From positions 1 to 42,414 of IMG/VR virus record IMGVR_UViG_3300045988_068405: DNA of 42,414 nucleotides. The stretch is one strand, 5' to 3'. The first letter of the stretch is position 1. Every line of letters begins with the position of its first letter. The notes beneath the pieces were generated by a model that was not told the DNA's origin, did not search any database, and saw only the letters and a program-made list of their open reading frames with translations. This DNA comes from a virus. This document shows, piece by piece, positions 1 through 7,519 of the stretch. A program made the position numbers and the translations under genes.

Positions 1-119
1 CGAGGGGCAGACAGAAAGGATAAAGGTACTCATTTGTGAATATCCCACATCAGAGAAAGGTGTAAAAGATGTGCGAATCCTTTACAGCCCTAACTATAAG
101 GGCGATGAATAAAAAAAGC
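1..119. repeat. Terminal direct repeat, copy 1 (identical to 42296-42414)
   Basis: Compared base by base: 1-119 equals 42296-42414 (119/119). Unique genome length is 42,295 bp. Confidence 0.95.
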
Positions 120-154
120 AAGGACTTTTTTGAGTCCCTGCTTTCTTTTTTTTA
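118..154. terminator. Bidirectional intrinsic terminator after repressor 1
   Basis: Stem 118-126/133-141 (9 bp, one A.C mismatch), loop tttttg. It is flanked by an A-run (111-117) and a T-run (142-154). It lies immediately 3' of the minus-strand gene ending at 152. Confidence 0.7.
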
Positions 155-547
155 CTTTTCTTTTTTGCTTATCGCAGCATTGAGCTTCCTGATCATGTCC
201 AACACGGCTTGCATTTGGGTTTCATCCAGCTGCAAAAGATACTTGTTAAGCTCTATCAGAAAGTTATAAGTCTCTGGATCAGTTTCTTCTTTGTGAAAAA
301 GCTGTGTTGTGATAGCAGCTATTTCAGCTTGCTTTGTCATAGGAGCTTTCATTTCTCCTTCGCCAGTGCGTAGCCAAGCCTCGTTGATTTGAAATTCTCG
401 ACATATAGCAGAAATGATAGCATTTGAAGGTTTCCGTGAATTAGATTCATAATTAGTGATTGTATTACCTCGTACACCCAATTTTTCTCCGAATTCATTT
501 TGTGTAAGCCCCAGTGACTTTCTTACCTCTTTGATTCTTTCATTCAT
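152..547 (-). CDS. CI-like repressor, XRE-family HTH (repressor 1)
   Basis: 131 aa. N-terminal HTH 'LGLTQNEFGEKLGVRGNTITNYESNSRKPS' followed by 'EAWLRTGEGEM'. RBS AAGGAGG upstream. Transcribed divergently from the early operon. Confidence 0.85.
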   Translation of the reverse strand: MNERIKEVRKSLGLTQNEFGEKLGVRGNTITNYESNSRKPSNAIISAICREFQINEAWLRTGEGEMKAPMTKQAEIAAITTQLFHKEETDPETYNFLIELNKYLLQLDETQMQAVLDMIRKLNAAISKKEK

Positions 548-573
548 TAGTATGATACCTCCTTTCCGATTTT

Positions 574-602
574 AGAATATCACAAAAAACTCACATAGTC
601 AA
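574..602 (-). promoter_or_regulatory. Leftward promoter for repressor 1 (PRM-like)
   Basis: Minus strand reads TTGACT (597-602), a 17-nt spacer, then TATTCT (574-579). The -10 is preceded by TGTGA (TRTG-type -16 element). Confidence 0.6.
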
Positions 603-621
603 TATTTTTCTAAAAAACCTG

Positions 622-650
622 TTGACATTAAACTCACAATGTGATATATT
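622..650 (+). promoter_or_regulatory. Rightward early promoter (PR-like)
   Basis: TTGACA (622-627), 17-nt spacer, TATATT (645-650), preceded by TGTGA (extended -10). Located 46 nt upstream of the first early gene. Confidence 0.75.
634..644. promoter_or_regulatory. Candidate operator palindrome TCACAaTGTGA in the PR spacer
   Basis: Perfect 5-1-5 palindrome at 634-644 between -35 and -10. A second AACTCACA copy lies at 588-595, inside the leftward promoter spacer. Confidence 0.45.
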
Positions 651-695
651 ATAGTCACAGAGCGAGGAAAGCTCAACAGAAAGGAAGGAAGCAAA

Positions 696-1469
696 ATGGC
701 AATCGCAAATTACAAGAGCTTTATTACAAGATTAGGAAAAATGATCTGCAAGAACTTCACAGATAGTGAGTTCGTCAAAACAGAATTTGATGATGAATTT
801 AATTCTAACACAGCTTATTTTACTATCAACGGATATTCTGCATGGGCATGTATCTATGATGATGATGATGTCATTACCGTATATGTTGCTAGCACACACA
901 CAGTCGAAATCAAAATTGACGGTACGCAGAAAGATGCTATGGCAACAGCCGTTCGTAGAATCGAAAGCCTATTAGATGAAGCAGAAATTAAAAAAGCAGA
1001 GATAGATAAAAAGGCTGAGGAAGAAGTGAATGCAGATAAGCAGGACAAGCAGGAAGCAGAAGAGCCGCAACCTACACCAGAGGAAGCCGATAGAGAAGTA
1101 ACATATATCGACTTCAAGCCAGAGCAGGACTACGAGGAAGAAAGACCACCTCACGCAGCGTTTGAACAGTTGAGAAGAGACAGCATTGAACCCCCTAAGA
1201 TTTGGAGTTGCAAAGCACTTAAAGTGCAAGAAATCCTCCAGAAGATCTACGAGGGTAAGACAAAAACGCCAGGCGAACGGCTTGATGCTTACTACAATCA
1301 TTGTTATAACTTGATTCTTGCCTCCAGAATATTTTTGCCAGAGTGCATGTATCACTATCTGGAACGCAAACTATCAAATGAAATGGTAATCGCAGGAGTG
1401 TGTCCTGCAGTGATTGAAGAGGCTTTTGGATATAAGAAGACTCGCCGTAAATGGTATTGGAAACTATAA
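696..1469 (+). CDS. Hypothetical acidic early protein (first rightward gene; no HTH recognised)
   Basis: 257 aa ORF with RBS GAAAGGAAGGAAG. Central Glu/Asp/Lys-rich linker. No recognisable family. Confidence 0.7.
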   Translation: MAIANYKSFITRLGKMICKNFTDSEFVKTEFDDEFNSNTAYFTINGYSAWACIYDDDDVITVYVASTHTVEIKIDGTQKDAMATAVRRIESLLDEAEIKKAEIDKKAEEEVNADKQDKQEAEEPQPTPEEADREVTYIDFKPEQDYEEERPPHAAFEQLRRDSIEPPKIWSCKALKVQEILQKIYEGKTKTPGERLDAYYNHCYNLILASRIFLPECMYHYLERKLSNEMVIAGVCPAVIEEAFGYKKTRRKWYWKL

Positions 1470-1511
1470 CATCAACGCTGAGCTAACGGCAAGACGGGCA
1501 GAGGGGGCAAT

Positions 1512-1688
1512 ATGGTTGTAGTTAACGGACATGAAGCAGAACACCTCAGAGAGCTACCACAAGCAGATCAGGACAGCATAGCGCACAATGTGCTGAGTGA
1601 GCTGTATAGAATCTGGCTGAGAGAGCATGGGATGCGCCTTGAGAGTATCGAGGTGAGCAGAAAGAAGAAGGAGGATGTGGGTGCATAA
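1512..1688 (+). CDS. Hypothetical small protein (58 aa, below the ORF-track cutoff)
   Basis: ATG at 1512 preceded by GAGGGGG. Translated by hand as MVVVNGHEAEHLREL...KKKEDVGA. Fills an otherwise empty gap in the operon. Confidence 0.5.
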   Translation: MVVVNGHEAEHLRELPQADQDSIAHNVLSELYRIWLREHGMRLESIEVSRKKKEDVGA

Positions 1689-1890
1689 GTACGAGGTATG
1701 TTTTTACGTAGATTGGCAGTTGGTAGCAGGCTGCATTATTGAAACCTATGACAAAGATAGTGCAGAAAAGCTAGCAACTGCCAAATTGCAAGACGAAATC
1801 AAAGAAATAGAAGATGCGCTGAACGCAAAGGTTAACCGAACTTTTGTATCACAGTTACCAGATAATCAGCACAGAAAGGAAAGACAATGA
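1675..1890 (+). CDS. Hypothetical protein
   Basis: 71 aa ORF. AAGGAGG abuts the ATG at 1675, so the GTG at 1681 may be the true start. Stop overlaps the next start (ATGA). Confidence 0.55.
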   Translation: MWVHKYEVCFYVDWQLVAGCIIETYDKDSAEKLATAKLQDEIKEIEDALNAKVNRTFVSQLPDNQHRKERQ

Positions 1891-2321
1891 CAGACAAAGA
1901 GTTAAGATCAAAATTTGAGTGGATCATCAGAAACGAAGTATACCCAAACAGCGAGGCTATGCAAGATTATGTTATCAATTTGGACGACTATCTTATTGAG
2001 CTTTCGGGCGAGAGAATTACAAGCATTGAAAAACCAACGTGTTTAGGCGATGTGTACTACTTCGAGGAGTACATAGAAACCTTGAGAAAGTGCCTTAAAG
2101 GGGTATATAAGTATAGGGCATTTGTGGCTTACAAAGATACACCAGATAACTGTAAATTGGTTACAGTGGTGTACTACAGAGAAGGAAGTGAGCCAAAATG
2201 GATGCTCAAGCAACCGCAGAGGGTGTCCAAGCTCTGGAAGAGAGACATAAAGCGTATTATTGCAGGATATCAGGCAATGATCAAGCAGTATAAGAGAGCT
2301 TTAGGAGGGGCAGAGGAATGA
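1887..2321 (+). CDS. Hypothetical protein, paralog A of a tandem pair
   Basis: 144 aa. Collinear similarity to the next gene: 'MTDKELRSKFEWIIRNEVYP' against 'MTQKELRKKYMQIIKTEAYP', and the C-terminal 'IKRIIAGYQAMIKQYK' against 'IQRIIDGYKYLLMKYK'. Confidence 0.7.
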   Translation: MTDKELRSKFEWIIRNEVYPNSEAMQDYVINLDDYLIELSGERITSIEKPTCLGDVYYFEEYIETLRKCLKGVYKYRAFVAYKDTPDNCKLVTVVYYREGSEPKWMLKQPQRVSKLWKRDIKRIIAGYQAMIKQYKRALGGAEE

Positions 2322-2746
2322 CGCAGAAGGAGCTGAGAAAGAAGTACATGCAGATCATCAAGACCGAGGCATATCCTCACGATGCAAAAATGCAGAAGTA
2401 TTGCAAAGAAAGATGTGGCTACATTGTAGAGCTTACAGACGGTAAGTTTATTAGACTGTATAAACCAAGAAAGCATGTTCCGTATGATTTCGCTGAGATC
2501 ATTGACAAAATTACCAGATTAACGTTGTGCCTTGAAGGTTTCTTCGGGTGCAAGACATTTGTGGAGTATTCCGCATCATCAGACGATTGCGATCTGGTGC
2601 AAGAAGTTACATATTCTGGTGTAGAGTCAGAGTGGATGAAAGAAGAGGCAGCTAGAGGGCAGGACAGAAATAGCGAAGATATCCAGAGAATCATTGATGG
2701 CTATAAGTATCTACTGATGAAATATAAGGTTGGAGGTAAGAAATGA
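2318..2746 (+). CDS. Hypothetical protein, paralog B of a tandem pair
   Basis: 142 aa. ATGA overlap with paralog A. Same length and same motif order as paralog A. Confidence 0.7.
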   Translation: MTQKELRKKYMQIIKTEAYPHDAKMQKYCKERCGYIVELTDGKFIRLYKPRKHVPYDFAEIIDKITRLTLCLEGFFGCKTFVEYSASSDDCDLVQEVTYSGVESEWMKEEAARGQDRNSEDIQRIIDGYKYLLMKYKVGGKK

Positions 2747-3039
2747 AAGTAACAGATATTATCCATAAGATTTCCAATATAGTTTGTAGAATGCCTGACA
2801 CTCTTTTCCCGACTAGTGTAGCTACAGCTTGGAATGTTGGCGAGATCAATGCATTATGTTCTTTGCTATACGAATATGCAGGAGTTGGAACAGGAGCAAA
2901 TTATACTATTGATGAATCCCTTCATGTCTGCATAATTCGCGAGATCACAATAGGAAGCCACACAATCTATCATGATAAGGCACTTGATCAGGTGGAAATT
3001 GATGCAGCACTTGAAGAATATGAATACCTTGAAATTTAA
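2743..3039 (+). CDS. Hypothetical protein
   Basis: 98 aa ORF, translationally coupled (ATGA overlap) to the upstream gene. Confidence 0.6.
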   Translation: MKVTDIIHKISNIVCRMPDTLFPTSVATAWNVGEINALCSLLYEYAGVGTGANYTIDESLHVCIIREITIGSHTIYHDKALDQVEIDAALEEYEYLEI

Positions 3040-3049
3040 CTAAATTACA

Positions 3050-3102
3050 GCTCCGCACGGATTACCCTTCGGGTAATGCAGGTTCGACTCCTGCGCGGAG
3101 TG
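3050..3102 (+). ncRNA. tRNA-like element lacking D-arm and variable loop (non-canonical)
   Basis: Acceptor stem 3050-3056/3095-3101 (7 bp, one G.U). 4-nt linker. 5-bp stem plus 7-nt loop CCTTCGG at 3061-3077. T-arm 3078-3094 with loop TTCGACT (matches the conserved T-loop T54-T55-C56-R57-A58). Discriminator G. No encoded CCA. Confidence 0.45.
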
Positions 3103-3155
3103 ATCAGGTTTGCGCGAACCTTGTAACTATTGGAATGCACAAGAAAGGAGTATAC

Positions 3156-4759
3156 ATGTTAGAGTACATAACCGAAGAGGTTGGAAGAATTAGAACTGAA
3201 AAAATCAATTTTATACCGTATTTTTACGCTGCTGACATTTGCAGAATCCTCGGAAAAGGCACATGGACAGGTACATATGCGCAGAGATATGCAGGAAAAG
3301 AACATATCAAGCAGATTAAGAATGGCTTGAAGAAAGCAAATCTAGTTGACCTTGACGGAGTAATGAATTTGTGCAAGAAAGCACAGGCAAAGACTAGCAA
3401 CTTACTTATGGGGATAGCAAATAGAATCCACTACGATGTCACGTATTTAGAGGATTCGTCCAGCGGAACAATTTATCTTCCCCTTTTTAAGGATAAACAG
3501 CAGGACTATGAAAACGATGCAGGAGATTTTAAGGTTTTCTATCACCCGATTTTTGGAAAAATCAGAGCAACATTGGTTAACGAGAATATGTATTTCTACT
3601 CAACAGATATCTGCAGGGCATTAGGCTTTAAACGATACGGAAGCGTATATACTAACCGCTATGCAGGAGAAGAAAACTTGAAGCAGATTGTCAGCGAGTC
3701 AATGAGAGGCACACGCTGCATCAATGTTATAAGCATTGCAGGAGTACGCAATCTGTGCCAGCGTAGCAAGCTATCTCCAGATACTATATCAGATTTCTCA
3801 AACTGGCTGCATAACGCTACAAAGCAGGAAAAAGAGCCAGAAAAGCCACAGGCAGAGGAAAAACCAGTAGAAGAGAAGCCACTTGAAATTGAAGTCAATG
3901 AGCATTTGGATAATACAAGCATTCCGCTTGCCAAAGCTAATAGCTATACCGTCAAAGAACCTATTTTGATGGAAGAAGTACAGCAGGAACTAGAAGAGCA
4001 TGAAGAAATCAAGGAGGAAGAAACGATGGAATCAAACGCAATGAAGATTTTTAATAATCCAGAATTTGGAGATATCAGAACAGAGGTTATCAACGGTGAG
4101 CCGTGGTTTTGCCTGAGCGATGTATGTAAGGCATTGGAGCTTGAGCAGGTAAGTAGAGTAAAAACAAGACTTAATTTGAATGGGGTTACTACTAGTAAGG
4201 TCATCGACAGCATGGGTAGAAATCAGGAGCAACATTCGTCAACGAAGCCAACCTCTACAAGACCATCTTCCAGAGCCGCAAGGAAAGTGCAGAACGCTTT
4301 ACAGACTGGGTAACGTCCGAGGTACTTCCATCAATCCGTAAGACTGGCAGCTATCAGACCCCACCACTTACGACAGCAGAACAGATACAGCTAATTGCGA
4401 AGGGGTGTGTAGAGCTTGAGCAGCAGGTTGCCACCCTTGGGGCAGAGGTAACGGAACTGAAAACGGATATGCCGCTGTATGGATGTGAGATTGACGAGGT
4501 ACAGCAGCACGTAAAGCGCAAGGGTGTGCAGTGTTTAGGTGGCAAGGACAGCGAAGCATACGCAGATGGAAGCATCAGAAGTCAGGTGTACAAGGATATC
4601 TACAGCCAGTTAAAAAGAGAGTATGGCTGTGTAAGTACCTACAAGAGTATCAAGCGTAAGTATATTGCAGATGTACATGATTTTATTGACTGCTATCAGC
4701 TCCCGACAGTACTTGAGGAGCAGATCACGGCAGCTAACGCACAGCAGAGATTGTTTTAA
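3156..4759 (+). pseudogene. Antirepressor-type protein with three BRO-N-like repeats plus an ORF6C-like C-terminus, interrupted by a 1-nt frameshift near 4230
   Basis: Frame 3 (3156..4313) carries the BRO-N hallmarks 'FGDIRTEVINGEPWFCLSDVCKALEL...GRNQEQ'. The expected continuation 'TFVNEANLYKTIFQSRKESAERFTDWVTSEVLPSIRKTGSY' and the C-terminal domain (listed ORF 4469..4759) lie in frame 2, which opens at 4220. One extra A in 'gcaacatt' (4229-4236) would restore a single 534-aa ORF. RBS AAAGGAG precedes the ATG at 3156. Confidence 0.75.
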
Positions 4760-4769
4760 GGAGGACAAA

Positions 4770-4946
4770 ATGATGTTAAACGAAATTAAAGAGTATTTCA
4801 GCGACAAGCAGCGTGAGGCACTGCCACTTATCATCACCGAGGCGGCAACCCTGCCGAGTAACTACAGAACATTCTTGCTTGGTTATACCTCAGGCATGGC
4901 AGATGCGGCAAGACTTGAAGTAATGGCGAAGAGGGAAGCAAAATGA
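4770..4946 (+). CDS. Hypothetical protein (58 aa)
   Basis: Internal ATG of listed ORF 4665..4946, preceded by AAGGAGG (4758-4764). The region upstream of it overlaps the antirepressor 3' end. Confidence 0.6.
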   Translation: MMLNEIKEYFSDKQREALPLIITEAATLPSNYRTFLLGYTSGMADAARLEVMAKREAK

Positions 4947-5164
4947 AGGTGATTTGGCAGCCCACATTAGAAGCAGAAAAGCTTGTAAGTAATGCAGAGA
5001 GAGCATTACAGTGTCAGCTTTCAAGAGGGTTCAAAGCGCGACTTGAGAAGGAAGCGAAGCGTGAAAAAATTCTTGATGCAATTGCTAAGGGCATCTCAGA
5101 CCTGATTCTTGGCGGTGTTATCTTTGGCAGCTTGGCAATAGCATTATACTTTGGCTCAAAATAA
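4943..5164 (+). CDS. Hypothetical protein with C-terminal transmembrane helix
   Basis: 73 aa. ATGA coupling to the upstream gene. C-terminal 'LILGGVIFGSLAIALYFG'. Confidence 0.6.
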   Translation: MKVIWQPTLEAEKLVSNAERALQCQLSRGFKARLEKEAKREKILDAIAKGISDLILGGVIFGSLAIALYFGSK

Positions 5165-5176
5165 GGAGGATAAAAA

Positions 5177-5479
5177 ATGAGTAGTGTTACAGGATATGTT
5201 TTTGAAGGAATAGATGGCAAGATGCATTTTAGCCTTGATGTCGCAGACCCAAAGCTAATTGCAAAGCTTCGCGTATATCTTATTGATGCTGTTAGCTTTG
5301 CGATGAAGCATTCAGATTACGAACAAGCAGAAGCATATTTGCATGATGCAAATCACCTTCACAACTTGATATCAGAGGCAGTAAGAAAGGGTGAAGAGAA
5401 AGCAGAAGCAGAAGCGGAGGCAGAAGAGAAAGCAGAAGCAGAAGCGGAGGTAGAAGAGGGAAGCGAGGTAGAAGAATAA
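5177..5479 (+). CDS. Hypothetical acidic protein with (EKAEAEAEAE) repeat tail
   Basis: 100 aa with RBS AAGGAGG. The C-terminus is encoded by a 30-nt tandem repeat. Confidence 0.6.
   Translation: MSSVTGYVFEGIDGKMHFSLDVADPKLIAKLRVYLIDAVSFAMKHSDYEQAEAYLHDANHLHNLISEAVRKGEEKAEAEAEAEEKAEAEAEVEEGSEVEE
5394..5460 (+). repeat. 30-nt tandem repeat (about 2.2 copies) inside the CDS
   Basis: 5394-5423 and 5424-5453 differ at one base (29/30), followed by a partial third copy. Encodes EKAEAEAEAE. Confidence 0.9.
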
Positions 5480-5970
5480 TGGCATTTTCACTGTATGAAA
5501 TCAATTCGCAGATTGAGCAGGCATGGGGCGCAGCAGTAGACCCAGACACAGGAGAGATCATCAACGAGGAGGCAATGCAGGCATTTAGCGAGCTGTCAAT
5601 GGCTCGTGATGAGAAGATTGAAAACATTGCTCTTGCATACAAGAACACTTGCGCAGAGGTAGAGGCTTTGAAGGCTGAAAAGCTTGCATTGCAGAAACGT
5701 CAGGCAACCGCAGAGAGAAAGGCTGAGTGGTTGAAGCAGTATCTTTCCCAGTATATGGAGAACGGTGAGAAGTACAAGAGCGCAAAGGTTACGATTGGTT
5801 GGAGAAAGTCAGAGAGTGTGCAGGTTGAGGATACGTTTTTACTGCCAGATGAGTATTTGATTTTTACAGTAGCCCCAGACAAAAACGCAATCAAGAAAGC
5901 CTTGAAGGCAGGAGATAAGCTGATTGGCGGAGCAACACTCGTTACCACAAATAATATTCAGATCAAGTAA
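5479..5970 (+). CDS. Siphovirus Gp157-like protein (recombination-module associated)
   Basis: 163 aa. 'YEINSQIEQAW...DPDTGEI', a coiled-coil middle and 'KVTIGWRKSESVQV' resemble the Gp157 family (recollection). Sits upstream of the annealase and SSB. Confidence 0.55.
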   Translation: MAFSLYEINSQIEQAWGAAVDPDTGEIINEEAMQAFSELSMARDEKIENIALAYKNTCAEVEALKAEKLALQKRQATAERKAEWLKQYLSQYMENGEKYKSAKVTIGWRKSESVQVEDTFLLPDEYLIFTVAPDKNAIKKALKAGDKLIGGATLVTTNNIQIK

Positions 5971-5983
5971 GAAAGGCAAACGA

Positions 5984-6535
5984 ATGGAATATAAAATTTT
6001 AATTGATTTTTTAAATAATTTTGATGACTTTCAAGATTTCTTTGTAAAAATTGAATCTTTGCGTGTGTCAGCAAAAAGCATTGAGGACTTAGAATTATTA
6101 AAAAAGGTAGCTGATGTGTTTAAACTTAAATTTAATCCTAATGCAATCACATATTTGAAAGACTCAATTGATTTAGAAATTGTATGTTTTCATAGAAGAG
6201 ACACAAGAACATTTATAGAAAAGGCTATGCAGATGCAAATTATAGAGAACTTCAACTTATTTTTCCCAAAATATACATTCATCGAATGTGAAAAAGTGCT
6301 AGAAGGAATAGGTAGAATTGATATATATGCATTGTATGAAGGCAGGAGCGTAATAATAGAGCTAAAGGCAGGCGCAAAAAGCCCTAATTCTCAGCTCATT
6401 TCATATGGTTCAAGGTTTGAAAACCCTATTTTAATAGGAGTAACAGAGAAAAAGATTCCTGTAAATAAAAGAATTGATGGAATTTTATATTTTACTTTTG
6501 AAGAATTAAAAAGGAGAACTATAAGTAATGAATAA
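5984..6535 (+). CDS. PD-(D/E)xK (NucS/DUF91-type) nuclease-like protein, AT-rich insert
   Basis: 183 aa starting at the internal ATG 5984. Motif 'GRIDIYALYEGRSVIIELKAGAKSPNSQLISY' fits D...ExK...Q..Y. Markedly AT-rich relative to its neighbours. Confidence 0.55.
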   Translation: MEYKILIDFLNNFDDFQDFFVKIESLRVSAKSIEDLELLKKVADVFKLKFNPNAITYLKDSIDLEIVCFHRRDTRTFIEKAMQMQIIENFNLFFPKYTFIECEKVLEGIGRIDIYALYEGRSVIIELKAGAKSPNSQLISYGSRFENPILIGVTEKKIPVNKRIDGILYFTFEELKRRTISNE

Positions 6536-6785
6536 GCGGCAGAGAAAGAAGCAGTTCAAGAAGCTTCACAATATGAACCCGAAGCAGTACTTCCTTGAGA
6601 AAGCAATGCCAGAAATCATAAAAATTGTAGTAGATGTAGCTACTGCTATGGTTAGAGTATTGTGCAAGCATAACGGTACTCTTTGGGAGATTGCCAGAGT
6701 ACGGATGGCAAATGCTAACCTGCTGAAAAATCTCACAGAGCAGCGAAAGCAAGGGAAGAGAAAGAAAGGAAAATGGAGCAGATGA
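6528..6785 (+). CDS. Hypothetical basic protein
   Basis: 85 aa. Lys/Arg-rich at both termini. Overlaps its neighbours by a few nt (operon coupling). Confidence 0.5.
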   Translation: MNKRQRKKQFKKLHNMNPKQYFLEKAMPEIIKIVVDVATAMVRVLCKHNGTLWEIARVRMANANLLKNLTEQRKQGKRKKGKWSR

Positions 6786-7519
6786 AATTTAGAGCATTGA
6801 CAGCGGATGATGTGGAAGTGCGCATCGCAACCGTAAAGAAAAGTGGTGTATCACTCCTGCTGTATAAAGATGCAAGAGTAGATCAGAATATCTTAGATGA
6901 TACCGTAGGAGCTGATAACTGGCAGAAGAAATACGAGATCATCGGAGGCAACCTCTTTTGCAGCGTAGGCATTCGAGTGCTGCACGAAGATTCACAGGAG
7001 AGAGAGTGGATTTGGAAGCAGGATGTCGGTGTGGAGAGCTACACCGAGAAGGAAAAGGGACAAGCTTCGGACGCTTTCAAGAGAGCGTGTTTCTGTTGGA
7101 GCATTGGAAGAGAGCTGTATACAGCGCCATTTATTTGGATTCCTGCCGATAAGTGTAAGATTGAGCAAGTCGCAGGCGATTACCAGAGGTATACCTGCTA
7201 TGAGCGATTCCGCGTAAAGAGTATGCAGGTTGAGGGCGGCAAGATAACCGCCCTGGCAATCACTAACGAGCGTGGGATCGAAGTATTTCAAATGGGAATG
7301 AAGAGGGTAGAACAGAAGGTAGAGCAGAAGGAGCTTAAACCTATGCTTGTATCTGCCGATGAAATTAAGATCATAAGGGCAGAGTTAGCTAGAACAGGAT
7401 TGCCTGAGGACACCATTTGCACAGCGTATCATATCGCAAAATTAGAAGAAATGACACTGGGGCAGTTCCAAAACTGTAAGAAGAGATTAATTGCGACTAA
7501 GACTAAGGAGGAAAAATAA
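6773..7519 (+). CDS. Rad52/Sak-like single-strand annealing protein
   Basis: 248 aa. 'EKEKGQASDAFKRACFCWSIGRELY' matches the Rad52-type SSAP signature (K..aSDa.KRa...wGIGreLY). Adjacent to ssb. Confidence 0.7.
   Translation: MEQMKFRALTADDVEVRIATVKKSGVSLLLYKDARVDQNILDDTVGADNWQKKYEIIGGNLFCSVGIRVLHEDSQEREWIWKQDVGVESYTEKEKGQASDAFKRACFCWSIGRELYTAPFIWIPADKCKIEQVAGDYQRYTCYERFRVKSMQVEGGKITALAITNERGIEVFQMGMKRVEQKVEQKELKPMLVSADEIKIIRAELARTGLPEDTICTAYHIAKLEEMTLGQFQNCKKRLIATKTKEEK

Noticed and set aside
1-119. Terminal 119-bp repeat interpreted as attL/attR cores or cos ends of an integrated prophage
   Set aside because: No bacterial flanking sequence lies outside the repeats. The integrase is a serine recombinase, which uses a very short crossover core. 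Joining the ends restores a coherent immunity module. Circular-assembly overlap or terminal redundancy is more parsimonious.
69-269. Listed + strand ORF (66 aa)
   Set aside because: It runs straight through the bidirectional terminator at 118-154. It is antisense to the well-supported repressor gene and is hydrophobic low-complexity sequence derived from the T-run.
548-695. LexA (Cheo-box, GAAC-N4-GTTC) sites in the switch region or upstream of the antirepressor gene
   Set aside because: No match was found by eye in 548-695, 3103-3155 or the other intergenic regions. A formal pattern search is still advisable.
3050-3102. Calling this a genuine tRNA (anticodon TTC, tRNA-Glu)
   Set aside because: There is no D-arm and no variable region. 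C replaces the invariant U33, and the total length is only 53 nt. It is reported as tRNA-like only.
5394-5460. 30-nt tandem repeat as a regulatory or CRISPR-like repeat
   Set aside because: Only about 2.2 contiguous copies with no spacers, in frame inside a CDS, encoding an EKAEAEAEAE low-complexity tail.
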